Positions 10,197 through 20,262 of a DNA stretch of 64,000 bases are shown here, piece by piece. The notes below the pieces were generated by a model. The model saw nothing but the letters and a program-made list of their open reading frames with translations, did not search any database and was not told the origin of the DNA. Where the stretch lies: the NCBI GenBank assembly GCA_965116795.1, contig OZ220716.1:1450503-1514502 (forward strand), read 5' to 3'. The translations under genes and the position numbers were made by a program. Position 1 is the first letter of the stretch; each line of letters begins with the position of its first letter. Origin of the DNA: Gammaproteobacteria bacterium. Lineage in GTDB: Bacteria > Pseudomonadota > Gammaproteobacteria > JAJFKG01.

Positions 10197-11228
10197 ATGG
10201 ATATCTTTTCCACATTTGTTTTAAATCGCACGATTGAATGTTTAGAGCGTTCATCATCATTTCTGTTAGATACTTTCTTTACCTCAGTACAGATGGAAGA
10301 AAGCGCGGAAATCCACTTTGACATTAATGAATCTAAACCACGACTAGCGCCATTCGTATCTCCATTGGTAGCCGGTAAAGTCGTGGATGCGCAAGGTTAT
10401 AGCACTCAAAGCTTTAGACCAGCGTACGTCAAAGACAAACGCCGCTTTGATGCTAATACCCCATTAAAGCGTGTGATTGGGGAGACCATTGGTGGCAGTC
10501 TTCCGGCTAACCGGCGTTTAGAAGCCGCTGTTAGTAAAGCGCTTAAAGACCAGCTAGAGAACTTAACTCGTCGTGAAGAAGTGATGGCCGCCGAAGTGTT
10601 AACCAAAGGCACCGTCACCGTATCTGGCGACAATTACCCAACGCAAGTGGTAGACTTTAAACGTGACCCGAAGCTCACCATTAAATTAAACAATAATGAC
10701 AAGTGGAGCAACCCAGAATCCCCAGCCCTTGACCAGTTAGAGGATTGGGCGAGTCTCATTCAAGAGAAATCCGGTGCAGTCGCTCGTCGTGTTATTTTAG
10801 ACCCTAAAGCCTGGCGGTTATTACGCAAGAACAAGCAAATCATTACGCAGCTTGATATTCGTCGTGGTACCACTATTAATATAGACGCTGACCCAATGAT
10901 ACGCGGACAAGGTAATGAAAAAGCGCGCTATGTTGGCTCTATTGGCGATTTTGATTTTCATGTTTACAATGATGTCTATGTGGATGATGAGAATACCGTA
11001 CAACATTTGCTACCTGACCATACCGTATTACTGGTCAGTCAACAAAACTTAGAAGGCACACGGTGTTATGGCATGATACGAGATGAAAAGGCAGACTTTC
11101 GGGCAATGCGTTACTTCAGCAAAAGTTGGATGGAAGAAGACCCGGCAGTCAGATGGTTGTTATTACAATCAGCCCCATTGATTGTGCCCTATCGTCTGAA
11201 TGCATCCTTATGTGCTTTGGTGGCATAA
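10197..11228 (+). CDS. Major capsid protein (lambda gpE family)
   Basis: LAPFVSP, FRPAYVK, VDFKRD, DPAVRWLLLQSAPL. Confidence 0.93.
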   Translation: MDIFSTFVLNRTIECLERSSSFLLDTFFTSVQMEESAEIHFDINESKPRLAPFVSPLVAGKVVDAQGYSTQSFRPAYVKDKRRFDANTPLKRVIGETIGGSLPANRRLEAAVSKALKDQLENLTRREEVMAAEVLTKGTVTVSGDNYPTQVVDFKRDPKLTIKLNNNDKWSNPESPALDQLEDWASLIQEKSGAVARRVILDPKAWRLLRKNKQIITQLDIRRGTTINIDADPMIRGQGNEKARYVGSIGDFDFHVYNDVYVDDENTVQHLLPDHTVLLVSQQNLEGTRCYGMIRDEKADFRAMRYFSKSWMEEDPAVRWLLLQSAPLIVPYRLNASLCALVA

Positions 11229-11229
11229 G

Positions 11230-11556
11230 ATGTTACCTGCATTTTCACAAGCGACCGATAGATTGTTTGCGCGCTTAGGGGTACAAGCGAAGTATCATCC
11301 ACAAGGCAGTAGTAACAACATTACTTTGCCAGTCATTTTAAAAATTCCAGACCACATTGTGGATTTTGGCGAAGCCCACTTGCATACAGCCACACAAGTA
11401 ATTGACGTTAAATGTAATGATGTTAAAGAGCCGAAAATAGGTGATGTCATTACCATTGATAAATCATCTTATCGCATCCAAAGCGAGCCGGTACGTGACT
11501 TACATGGATTGCTATGGAAGATAGACGGTAAGCCCCTACAAATCCCATCTAGCTAA
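11230..11556 (+). CDS. Head-tail joining/closure protein
   Basis: Synteny; PKIGDVITI...YRIQSEPVRD...W pattern. Confidence 0.75.
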   Translation: MLPAFSQATDRLFARLGVQAKYHPQGSSNNITLPVILKIPDHIVDFGEAHLHTATQVIDVKCNDVKEPKIGDVITIDKSSYRIQSEPVRDLHGLLWKIDGKPLQIPSS

Positions 11557-11609
11557 TAGTGTTTAAAGCGATTAATTTGCCATTGTTTTAATAATGGAGA
11601 GCAACAACG

Positions 11610-11828
11610 ATGAGCAAATCACTAGCAAACAGCCTACCTATTTCAAAGGCAAAGCCGCCATCAAAGCGAGGTGGCTATTCGCGGTTAATTGACCCTAAGA
11701 AGCGAGCACATGTTGAAGCGTACTTAGCGAGTGGGCAAACCCAACAAACCTATTGTGCGGCGCATAGATTGAAGGTATCGAGATTTAAGGGATGGAAGCT
11801 GCGCTACCTGATTAAAGTATGCAATTAA
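11610..11828 (+). CDS. Small HTH protein resembling IS66 TnpA accessory protein
   Basis: HVEAYLASGQTQQTYCAAHRLKVSRFKGW resembles the TnpA HTH; GGAG RBS upstream. Confidence 0.5.
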   Translation: MSKSLANSLPISKAKPPSKRGGYSRLIDPKKRAHVEAYLASGQTQQTYCAAHRLKVSRFKGWKLRYLIKVCN

Positions 11829-12466
11829 AAGCGGCATTCAGTGGTCGTTTAGATAAATATCTCAAAGACAATTTAAAAGAAGCCGAGCATGCGGTTACCA
11901 CTGGCATTAAGACAGCGACCAATAACCTGAAGCTGCAAATGCGACAGCAAGTGGTGTCAGCGGGCTTAGGCAAACGCTTAGCCAACAGTTGGCGTGGGGA
12001 TGTGTATCCTAAACAAAAGGCCAGTTTACATGCCGCCGGTCATGTGTATGCACGTGCGCATAAGATTCTGACTAACTTTGAGCAAGGCACATTGATTCGA
12101 GGACGCAAAGGCTTGTGGTTAGCGATTCCCACTCCCAATGTGCCGAAACGTGTTGGCGGTAAACGCCCGATGCCAGGTGATATTGAGCGGGCGTGGGGAG
12201 TGAAGTTGCGATTTGTCTATCGTCCTAACGCGGTATCACTATTGGTATTAGATAATCGACGTGCATCCTATAACCGTAAGACCGGCGAATTACGTGGGTT
12301 TCGTAAAGCCAGTCAATCGGCATTACGCACAGGACGTGGGTTAGCGACTGTTGTGATGTTTTGGTTAGTGCCACAAGTGAAAATGCCCAAGCGACTGCAT
12401 TTTAAAACAGCCGGTGAACGTCAGCAACGACAACTCCCTAAATTAATTATTGACAGTTGGCCGTAA
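11819..12466 (+). CDS. Phage neck/tail component (DUF6441-like)
   Basis: AGLGKRLANSWR, WLAIPT, LRFVYR, LVPQVK; synteny. Confidence 0.75.
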   Translation: MQLKAAFSGRLDKYLKDNLKEAEHAVTTGIKTATNNLKLQMRQQVVSAGLGKRLANSWRGDVYPKQKASLHAAGHVYARAHKILTNFEQGTLIRGRKGLWLAIPTPNVPKRVGGKRPMPGDIERAWGVKLRFVYRPNAVSLLVLDNRRASYNRKTGELRGFRKASQSALRTGRGLATVVMFWLVPQVKMPKRLHFKTAGERQQRQLPKLIIDSWP

Positions 12467-12477
12467 GGAATAATGTG

Positions 12478-12909
12478 ATGAGCACGCATGAATATGCGAT
12501 TGTAACCGTGATGGGTTTTCTGCAAAGTCACTTGCCCGACATCACCATAAAGCGCAATGCGGTATTACCCACCTCGATACCAGAGAATGGCTTAATCATT
12601 GTGCGTGATGGCGAGTTGGGTGAGCCTAGCATGATATTGTCGCCACCGCGGTATGCCTATTATCATCACATTGCCATAGAGGTGATAGTGCAACCCAGTG
12701 ATGAGCAAAAAATTGATACGATGTTAGATGATTTACTGGTACGAATGGGTAACGCATTACAGCTCCCTTTTCCAGCCGATGATGGCATTAGCTGTTATAG
12801 AACAGGTGTCATTGAATTCACCACAGAGCCAATTGAAGGTGGCCGTACGATGAAAATCGCGCAATTCCCGATTATTGTGGAATATGTTACATGTGCTCCG
12901 TTATTGTGA
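12478..12909 (+). CDS. Tail terminator/completion protein
   Basis: RNAVLP...IVRDGELGEP...LSPP; precedes the tail tube gene. Confidence 0.7.
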   Translation: MSTHEYAIVTVMGFLQSHLPDITIKRNAVLPTSIPENGLIIVRDGELGEPSMILSPPRYAYYHHIAIEVIVQPSDEQKIDTMLDDLLVRMGNALQLPFPADDGISCYRTGVIEFTTEPIEGGRTMKIAQFPIIVEYVTCAPLL

Positions 12910-12944
12910 AGCGAAATAATGTTCACTATGAGTAAAGGTACACT

Positions 12945-13397
12945 ATGACTGTATCAACCATGAGTGCAGCCAAATTGATTTGTCAACTGAGTGATTGGCA
13001 GGTTACTCCTTTAAAGCTGCAAAAAATATTATATCTTGCGCACATGGTGTATATGGGAAAATCTTATGGAGAACCACTTATCAAAGACCTATTTGTAGCA
13101 GGAGATTATGGATTGATTGTGCCTGCACTCTATTATGCTGTGAAGCATTATGGTGATAAATCGATTAGAGCAGGATTCTATGCCGTCAGTGATGTTGTGC
13201 CTGATTCAAAGGAAGGGCGTGAAATAAAAATGGCAGTTGATTATTTATTATCTCAATCATCTGGTCGATTAGTGGCATTGACGCAAAGAAAAGGGGGTGC
13301 ATGGGAGCAACACTATTTACCTGGTGCACCAGAGAGGTTGATACCCAACAAAGCGATTTTAGCTGAGTACAACGTTATTTTTAATCGAAGTAGATAG
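12945..13397 (+). CDS. Panacea/SocA (DUF4065) antitoxin-domain protein, orphan
   Basis: TPLKLQKILYLAH, PLI...F.A..YG..VP.LY, LVALT...AW motifs. Confidence 0.8.
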   Translation: MTVSTMSAAKLICQLSDWQVTPLKLQKILYLAHMVYMGKSYGEPLIKDLFVAGDYGLIVPALYYAVKHYGDKSIRAGFYAVSDVVPDSKEGREIKMAVDYLLSQSSGRLVALTQRKGGAWEQHYLPGAPERLIPNKAILAEYNVIFNRSR

Positions 13398-13427
13398 TAT
13401 TTCGTATTTTTCAAATGGGAGGAATGT

Positions 13428-14489
13428 ATGTCTCGAGCATACGGCTGGAATGCCAGTCTATTATTTGGTTTTGAACAACGCTACGGTACCCCACCTGAAA
13501 AGGGATACCACTTGGTTCCGTTTATTTCATCAAGTTTGGACTCCGAGCAAGGTCTGATTGAATCCAATGTCTTGGGACTAGGCCGCGACCCGACAGCCCC
13601 ATTCCAAGATGTCATCAATGTCGATGGCGATGTTGTTATTCCAGTCGAACTTCGCAGTATCGGTTTATGGTTAATGGGGTTATTTGGGGAGCCAGAGACA
13701 ACGGAGGTTAATCAAGCGTATCAACATGACTTTACGTCAGGCAAAACCCATTTACCCAGCATCAGTTTAGAAATTGGGTTACCGGATGTGCCAGATTACC
13801 CTCTTTTCACCGGTAGCCGTATTAACTCGATGGCGTTTAACTTTGAACACTCGGGTGAAGCGCAAGTCACGGTGAATGTATTGGGTCAAGGTGAGCTGGT
13901 GAGTAACACCACGCGGGATAAGAACCCGTCACAGTTTGCCTATACTCGCTTCTCTCAATTTCAGGGCTCGATTAAACATGCTGGCGAATTTCTTGCTGAT
14001 GTGACATCAGCCTCCATGACCTACAGCAACAACTTTGAGAAAATCCAAACTATCCGCGATGATGGCAAGGTCGATGGCATTGACCCCGGGATTGCCTCGC
14101 TCTCAGGCACTATCTCAGTACGTTACAGTAATTCAAAGCTGATGGATTTAGCCAGAGAAGGCAACCCCATTGATATTGAGTTGGCTTACACCATTGATGA
14201 ACAGCGCAAGCTGGTATTAACCGCACACTCAGTGTATTTACCCAAAGCCAAACGCAGTATTAATGGTGCCGGTGGCATTGAAGCAGCTTACGATTTTCAA
14301 GGGGCCAAGTCAGAGAAGTTTAACCGGATGTTAACGGTGACACTGGTAAATGATATCCGTGGTTATCACTTACATGCATTATCACCCTCAACATCGCCCC
14401 CGAAAAAACCACCACAAGAGACCGAGCAACCACAAAAGGAACCCAACGATGCTGAAACTATCACTCTCTACGACCCCTCATTGGATTGA
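13428..14489 (+). CDS. Tail tube protein
   Basis: SNVLGLGRDP, LPSISLEIGLPDVP, YSNN.E, GGIEAAYDFQ; synteny. Confidence 0.85.
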   Translation: MSRAYGWNASLLFGFEQRYGTPPEKGYHLVPFISSSLDSEQGLIESNVLGLGRDPTAPFQDVINVDGDVVIPVELRSIGLWLMGLFGEPETTEVNQAYQHDFTSGKTHLPSISLEIGLPDVPDYPLFTGSRINSMAFNFEHSGEAQVTVNVLGQGELVSNTTRDKNPSQFAYTRFSQFQGSIKHAGEFLADVTSASMTYSNNFEKIQTIRDDGKVDGIDPGIASLSGTISVRYSNSKLMDLAREGNPIDIELAYTIDEQRKLVLTAHSVYLPKAKRSINGAGGIEAAYDFQGAKSEKFNRMLTVTLVNDIRGYHLHALSPSTSPPKKPPQETEQPQKEPNDAETITLYDPSLD

Positions 14490-15021
14490 GCTAGGCATGC
14501 AGGTGCGCGTGAAAGTGCGCCCATGCAATAGCGCTATCTTCTATCAAGCCAAAGCCTTCATGCAACAGCGTTTGCAACAATTGGGTGAAGAATATCGTAT
14601 TCATAAAGATAGTGGTGCTGATAGGAGCCACTTACCTAACATAGAAGATGAAACTGTCCGCGAAGCCTTAGCGGAGCAGTATCTCACATTGGGCTTAGCC
14701 TTGGTGGGTATCATTGAATGGGAAGGTGTACTAGATAATGATGATGATAACAAAAACGAAGATGTCATTGCACCGGTGAACGAAAATAACATCACCCAGT
14801 TATTTGAAAACTACTGGGTGATTGCTGAGACGTTCCGTCAACAATACACCGGGATGCGAGAGTTGTTAGAATCGGAAAAAAACGCCTCACGGCTCGCTTG
14901 CAATGGCACTGCAACGGCGGGTCGGAGTATTGCGCCAACTGTGCCAGACAACAGCTCCCCTGCGCGCAAGGAGAAAAAGGTGAAGACGGAAAAAAGTGCC
15001 CGTACCTCGAAAATACATTAA
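14449..15021 (+). CDS. Tail assembly chaperone (gpG-like)
   Basis: Between tube and tape measure genes; EKN slippery site at 14877-14883. Confidence 0.8.
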   Translation: MLKLSLSTTPHWIELGMQVRVKVRPCNSAIFYQAKAFMQQRLQQLGEEYRIHKDSGADRSHLPNIEDETVREALAEQYLTLGLALVGIIEWEGVLDNDDDNKNEDVIAPVNENNITQLFENYWVIAETFRQQYTGMRELLESEKNASRLACNGTATAGRSIAPTVPDNSSPARKEKKVKTEKSARTSKIH

Positions 15022-15221
15022 AGACGGTAGAAGGTTGGCAAGCGTGGGATGTAGCTAACAAAGTATTAACGCAATGTCAGGAGTGCTTCCCATTAGATAT
15101 AGCATTGCAGTTGAGTGAAAGCTTAGGTTACCATCAAGCAGCTATGGCAGAGTTATTGCCATCAGCGGCCATTGGTATCGCGCTTGCTCTTAAAGAGATG
15201 CAGAAAAAATCGACTGATTAG
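14880..15221 (+). CDS. -1 frameshift extension of tail chaperone (gpT-like, Cys-rich)
   Basis: The -1 frame is open from the slippery site: KRLTARLQWHCNGGSEYCANC...CPY...EGWQAWD. Confidence 0.75.
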   Translation, partial: KRLTARLQWHCNGGSEYCANCARQQLPCAQGEKGEDGKKCPYLENTLKTVEGWQAWDVANKVLTQCQECFPLDIALQLSESLGYHQAAMAELLPSAAIGIALALKEMQKKSTD

Positions 15222-15358
15222 CAATAATAACCAGCATCAGAAACAGTAGTTAATCGTATTGATGGTATTGGTGTGATCAATGCTGCCATTTTGCCCGTAG
15301 ATAGCTTAAAATGTTTTTTAATATTCAAACGGTCGATAGTGTGCAGGGGACATTTCAA

Positions 15359-15748
15359 ATGAAGAAACTCATTTACATTGTGTTAGTGATGACTGCGATT
15401 GTTGCATGTTCAGATCACACACAAACCACTGTTGATGATACGTTACCAGAGTATGATACCGTTTCGTATTGCCAGAAGTTCGCTGGCCATTTTAAAAAAT
15501 ATGGTATTCAAGGTGAGCATCATTTTAATAAAATATTTAATGATTGTTTGCAAGAAGAAAAATCAGATTATAAATGGCTAAAGGCTCACTGGAACTTAGT
15601 ACCCTCAAAATTAAAAATACATTGCAAACAAGCAGTTAACACTTCTAGAGAAAATTATGGGGTGCTTAAGGGTTGTTCTTTTGCTGCTATATGTTTCGAA
15701 GATCGTGAAGACTTGAAAATTTGTGCAGAGCGCAGAAAACAAAAGTAA
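15359..15748 (+). CDS. Cys-rich lipoprotein (inserted accessory gene)
   Basis: MKKLIYIVLVMTAIVAC lipoprotein signal; AGGGGA RBS; AT-rich flanks. Confidence 0.7.
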   Translation: MKKLIYIVLVMTAIVACSDHTQTTVDDTLPEYDTVSYCQKFAGHFKKYGIQGEHHFNKIFNDCLQEEKSDYKWLKAHWNLVPSKLKIHCKQAVNTSRENYGVLKGCSFAAICFEDREDLKICAERRKQK

Positions 15749-15902
15749 ACATACACTGCTAACATAACATGGTTTTACACTAATCAATCAAGAATAGTGA
15801 TATTGCGTTCCTGAGTTCTTCTCAAAAATTACCACTGTCACAATTTAAATACACTTATCACACAAAAAAATACTCATTTATTGAGTGCAGCAGGAGTCTA
15901 TT

Positions 15903-18782
15903 ATGAATACGAATAGCAAAACATTATCGATTCGTTTGGCAGCCACTGGTGGTGATCAGTTACGCCGTGAATTTGACAAGCTTGGCACACGCGGTCAGCG
16001 TGCTTTTGATAACATTAAAGAGGCGACAAAGCCTGCCTCTAAAGGGATCAAAGCGGTTGATATTGCCGCAAAGTCCTTAAATCGTACTCTCAAACAAGCA
16101 ACTGGTGTTGCGGGAACGTATTTCAGTGTGCTTGGCTTGATTCGGTTATCCAAATCACTTATCTCGACCAACAGTGAGTTTGAGCAATTACACGCTAGCT
16201 TAGAAACAGTCACCGGCTCTTTAAAAGGCGCAGATGATGCCTTTGCAATGATAGAACGATTTGCTGCCAGCACGCCCTTTAGTGTAGAGCAGTTAACCGA
16301 AGCCTTTATCAAGTTAAAAGCAATGGGGCTTGACCCATCAGCTGATGCACTACGCTCTTACGGTAATACGGCTTCTGCCATGGGCAAAGAGCTGTTGCAA
16401 TTTGTCGATGCGGTGACCAATGCGGCCACTGGTCGTTTCATGAACTTAAAGTCCTTTGGTATTAATGCCGAAGTGCAAGGTGACAAAGTTGCATTTACAT
16501 TTAACAAAATAAAAACGGTTGTTCGTAAGAATGCCACTGAGATTGAAACGTACCTGCGCCACATTGGTAAAACGGAGTTTGCTGGCGATATGGCCAAGAA
16601 GATGGATATCATCAAAGGCATTTACAGCAACATCAAAGACAACTTAGCCCACATTGAACGTGAAATCGGTGCGGGTGGATTTAGAAAAGCGATCCATGAT
16701 GTGGGGGTGAGCATCCGGGATGCAACCGGTGATGCAGATGAGGCGGCTCATGCCATTGGGGAGACATTGGGTAATGCCATTCACATCAGTGCAGCGGCGT
16801 TTGGGTTTTTATATCAACATGCCGGTTTAGCCGCTGAGGGATTAGAATATCTTTTGGTGGCACGCACGGTCGCCAAAACGTTTGGATTACTCCAGAATGC
16901 GGTGACCGGCCATAGGGGATTGACAGTCCGGTTACGATTACTCTCGCGCTACTCGGTTGGCACCGCGGCCAAGATGGTTTTGCTTGATGGGGCAACGAAA
17001 GCGACCACGGTGACGGTGCTTGGTTTGAAGCGTGCGCTGGCGTTAGTGGGTGGTCCGGCAGGCTTAGCGGGTATAGCAGGGTTTGCACTTTATAAATTAG
17101 CTGCAAGTCATGAAGCGGCCACTGTTGCGGCTAAACGGCATACGACTGAGCTTAACAAATTACTGGAAACGATAAAACAAGCGACCAATGGTGCTGGACA
17201 ACCAATGTTACGCAATGAAGCGATTGCACGTCTTACTGATGAATTAAACAAATCAAAACAAAGCTTAGCTGATTTAATGCAAGAAATCCGTTCTGTTTAT
17301 CCTGGCAATTTATGGGATCACACCAAGGAATTGTTTGATTTTGGTTTGATGAAAGATTTGGAAAAAGTCCGTCAAGCATTTCGATTGAGTAAAGATGATC
17401 TTGATAAGCATTATGAAGCAGTATGGGATTTAAATATAAAACATCCAGAGTATACCAAACAAGCTGAGGAAATTACCGAGCAGATAAAAAATGCTAAAAA
17501 ACTAAAGTCAACAATCGAAGAAACTGAAGCTAAGCTAATTAAATTAAAAAATGGTACGCTTAACACAAACCCAATCAAACAGGACTTAAAACAAATCATT
17601 CCTGCGTTAGATGAGAAACAAATACAACACATCAAGGAGACGATTCAATCATTAGAAGCACAAGCTGTAGCACTGCAACGCGTCGTTGCTGCTCGCAAAG
17701 AAGGTAATGAAGCGGTACAACGTGCCTTGATACTAAACGAGCAAGAAAACACATTCGCTAAGCTTGGCATTGATATGAATCAACAACAAACGAAAGAAGC
17801 CTCCAAGCTCATCAAACAGACTCAAGCGTTAATTCAACAAAAATACGACTTGCAACAAGCGGATAAAGACGCCATTGAAACAGCGAAACGACACAAACAA
17901 ACGATACAAACTATCACGCGCGCATTGAATGCCACCAAATCTGAAAGTGAGCAAGCCCGCATTGAAGCCGATACCTGGCGTCAGAGTGCCTTGGCAGGAT
18001 TAGATAGCACGAGCCAAGGCTATGCTACTTTTGCCAGTGACATTGAAACTGTTTACCAGAATATGTTGAAGCAAGTACGTGAGAAAGATTTAGCAAGTTC
18101 TAAACGTTGGCAAGATGGAGTAACGCGCGGATTGCGCGATGTGGTTGATGAAGCCAATGACATGGCATCTCAAGTAGAGAATGCGGTCACCAATGCTTTT
18201 TCTAACATGGAAGATGCCTTAGTTGAGTTTGTGATGAAGGGTAAGCTTGATTTCAAATCCCTGGCTGACTCTATCATTGCGGATATTCTTCGCATCCAAA
18301 TCAAACAAAACGTTACGGCACCCTTAGCGAATGCATTTAGTTCAATTAACTTCAGTGGTTTATTTGGTGCAGCCCATACGGGAGGTGTTATTGGTCATGA
18401 TGCATTAACAAAACGGGCTGTTAATTCCTCTGTCTTTGATGGTGCTCCGAAATTTCATGGCGGGGGTGTCGTTGGCAATGAAGTGCCAATTATTGCTAAA
18501 CGCGGTGAGACGGTATTTACCCCAGGGCAAATGCAATTGTTAGGAGCAGGCTTAGCATCACGCAATGCGGCTCCCACTGTTACGGTACATGTGCATAACA
18601 ACGTTTCTGGTGTGCACGCTAAAACGCATACAACCAAAACACCTGATGGCAATGTGCAACTGGATATTATTGTTGAACATGTTGAACAAAAGCTTGCACG
18701 CAATATCACGCGCGGTGATGGTTTAGCACCGGTGATGGAGCGGCGCTACGGATTGAATCCAGCCAATGGCAGTTATCGCTAA
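15903..18782 (+). CDS. Tail tape measure protein
   Basis: About 960 aa helical protein; FAASTPF, GKLDFKSLADSII, FHGGGVVG.EVPII. Confidence 0.93.
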   Translation: MNTNSKTLSIRLAATGGDQLRREFDKLGTRGQRAFDNIKEATKPASKGIKAVDIAAKSLNRTLKQATGVAGTYFSVLGLIRLSKSLISTNSEFEQLHASLETVTGSLKGADDAFAMIERFAASTPFSVEQLTEAFIKLKAMGLDPSADALRSYGNTASAMGKELLQFVDAVTNAATGRFMNLKSFGINAEVQGDKVAFTFNKIKTVVRKNATEIETYLRHIGKTEFAGDMAKKMDIIKGIYSNIKDNLAHIEREIGAGGFRKAIHDVGVSIRDATGDADEAAHAIGETLGNAIHISAAAFGFLYQHAGLAAEGLEYLLVARTVAKTFGLLQNAVTGHRGLTVRLRLLSRYSVGTAAKMVLLDGATKATTVTVLGLKRALALVGGPAGLAGIAGFALYKLAASHEAATVAAKRHTTELNKLLETIKQATNGAGQPMLRNEAIARLTDELNKSKQSLADLMQEIRSVYPGNLWDHTKELFDFGLMKDLEKVRQAFRLSKDDLDKHYEAVWDLNIKHPEYTKQAEEITEQIKNAKKLKSTIEETEAKLIKLKNGTLNTNPIKQDLKQIIPALDEKQIQHIKETIQSLEAQAVALQRVVAARKEGNEAVQRALILNEQENTFAKLGIDMNQQQTKEASKLIKQTQALIQQKYDLQQADKDAIETAKRHKQTIQTITRALNATKSESEQARIEADTWRQSALAGLDSTSQGYATFASDIETVYQNMLKQVREKDLASSKRWQDGVTRGLRDVVDEANDMASQVENAVTNAFSNMEDALVEFVMKGKLDFKSLADSIIADILRIQIKQNVTAPLANAFSSINFSGLFGAAHTGGVIGHDALTKRAVNSSVFDGAPKFHGGGVVGNEVPIIAKRGETVFTPGQMQLLGAGLASRNAAPTVTVHVHNNVSGVHAKTHTTKTPDGNVQLDIIVEHVEQKLARNITRGDGLAPVMERRYGLNPANGSYR

Positions 18783-18899
18783 CGCCTTGATGTATGCCAA
18801 AATACCCCCACACAATCCATCAGAACGGGAAAAATACTTGATTTGAATGACATTGTCATTCATAATGATCGCATTGAGAGTTAAAAAGAGGGTATCTAC

Positions 18900-19163
18900 A
18901 TGGCAACGAATGCGATTGTTCAGGCACGTATTGATAGTGGTGTAAAAGAAGAAGCAGCGACGGCACTGGCAGCCATGGGGTTAACGGTATCCGATGCGGT
19001 GCGGTTATTGTTGGTGCGTGTTGCACACGATCATGCCTTGCCTTTTGAACCACTTATCCCAAACAAAGAAACCATTGCCGCAATGAAGCAAGCTAGGAAA
19101 GGAAAATTGCAATCCTTTAAAACAGTCAAGGATTTGATGGATAATTTGAATGCGGACGATTGA
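18900..19163 (+). CDS. dinJ: RelB/DinJ-family antitoxin
   Basis: ARID...KEEA...GLTVSDAVR...LPFE..PNKETIAAM. Confidence 0.9.
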   Translation: MATNAIVQARIDSGVKEEAATALAAMGLTVSDAVRLLLVRVAHDHALPFEPLIPNKETIAAMKQARKGKLQSFKTVKDLMDNLNADD

Positions 19164-19443
19164 GCAAACAACGCGGTTCAAACGTGACTACAAAAGAGAA
19201 TTAAAAGGACAGCATAAAAAAATAGTCGCGCAGCTTGTATCAGGCGTTGTGACGCTTTTAGCACGCGATAAGAAATTAGATCTAAAATATTGTGATCACG
19301 CTCTCAGTGGCGAATGGCACGATCATAGAGATTGCCACCTGAAACCCGATTTAATCCTCATTTATAGAAAACCGACTCATAAGCGTTTGCAATTAGTGAG
19401 ATTAGGCTCGCATTCTGAGTTGAGTTTAACAGGAAAAAAATAG
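19150..19443 (+). CDS. yafQ: YafQ-family mRNA interferase toxin
   Basis: FKRDYK, DHALSGEW, RDCHLKPDLILIY, RLGSHSEL; overlaps the antitoxin gene. Confidence 0.92.
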   Translation: MRTIEQTTRFKRDYKRELKGQHKKIVAQLVSGVVTLLARDKKLDLKYCDHALSGEWHDHRDCHLKPDLILIYRKPTHKRLQLVRLGSHSELSLTGKK

Positions 19444-19745
19444 CTATTATTTTACTGCATAACCGTATCCAAGCAATAATACTGGCATCCACAAAGTTTC
19501 GCATGACACAACAAAGTTAAAAATAAACGTAGAAAAAAACCGAACAAGCCAAATTGCTGGATAACACTCTCGACTTATCCGGTGTCCTACAACATGATGG
19601 TTTTCATGTTGCTAAAAAAATTGCATAACGTTTACTTTATCAGTGCCTTCTTTTTTTATGAAAATGAATAGACGGGCAACTGTAGCGCATCTTTTTTGAC
19701 GATGCACGTACAACATCCATGTATTTTAGTTGATGATTTAACCTC

Positions 19746-20219
19746 ATGATAACTTGGCCAGATAAACTCCCTTTCCCCACGGTTGAAGGCTACAGTATTC
19801 AGCCAGGCGATGCGATTGTACGCACCGATATGGAAGCAGGCTCTGCGCGTCAACGTCGCCGCTTCACGCAAGTCCCCAGCCGTATTCAAGTACGTTGGTT
19901 AATGTCACAAACCCAGTTTGCACTATTCGAAGCGTGGTACCGCTGGGAGGCGCGCGAAGGCGGTGCCTGGTTTGATATCACCTTGTTAGGTGGTTTGGGA
20001 TTGCTATCGCAACAAGCGCGTTTTACCCAACCTTTTCAAACACAATTGGTTACAGGCACATTATGGGAAATTCGCACCGAGCTGGAAGTACGTGAACGGC
20101 CTGTGCTGACTCACGACACATTACATCTGTTGTTAACCGAAGACTTGCAGGGGTTGATGAATGCCATTGATGGCTTGCATCGGTTGGTGCATTACACCTT
20201 GCCACGTTATTTTCATTAA
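19746..20219 (+). CDS. Distal tail protein
   Basis: WP..LP.P, RTDMEAGSARQRRRFT, FEAWY; follows tape measure. Confidence 0.75.
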   Translation: MITWPDKLPFPTVEGYSIQPGDAIVRTDMEAGSARQRRRFTQVPSRIQVRWLMSQTQFALFEAWYRWEAREGGAWFDITLLGGLGLLSQQARFTQPFQTQLVTGTLWEIRTELEVRERPVLTHDTLHLLLTEDLQGLMNAIDGLHRLVHYTLPRYFH

Positions 20220-20262
20220 TGGGTTGTATTTAACAATCTATCATCAACGTTAAGAGTAAGCT

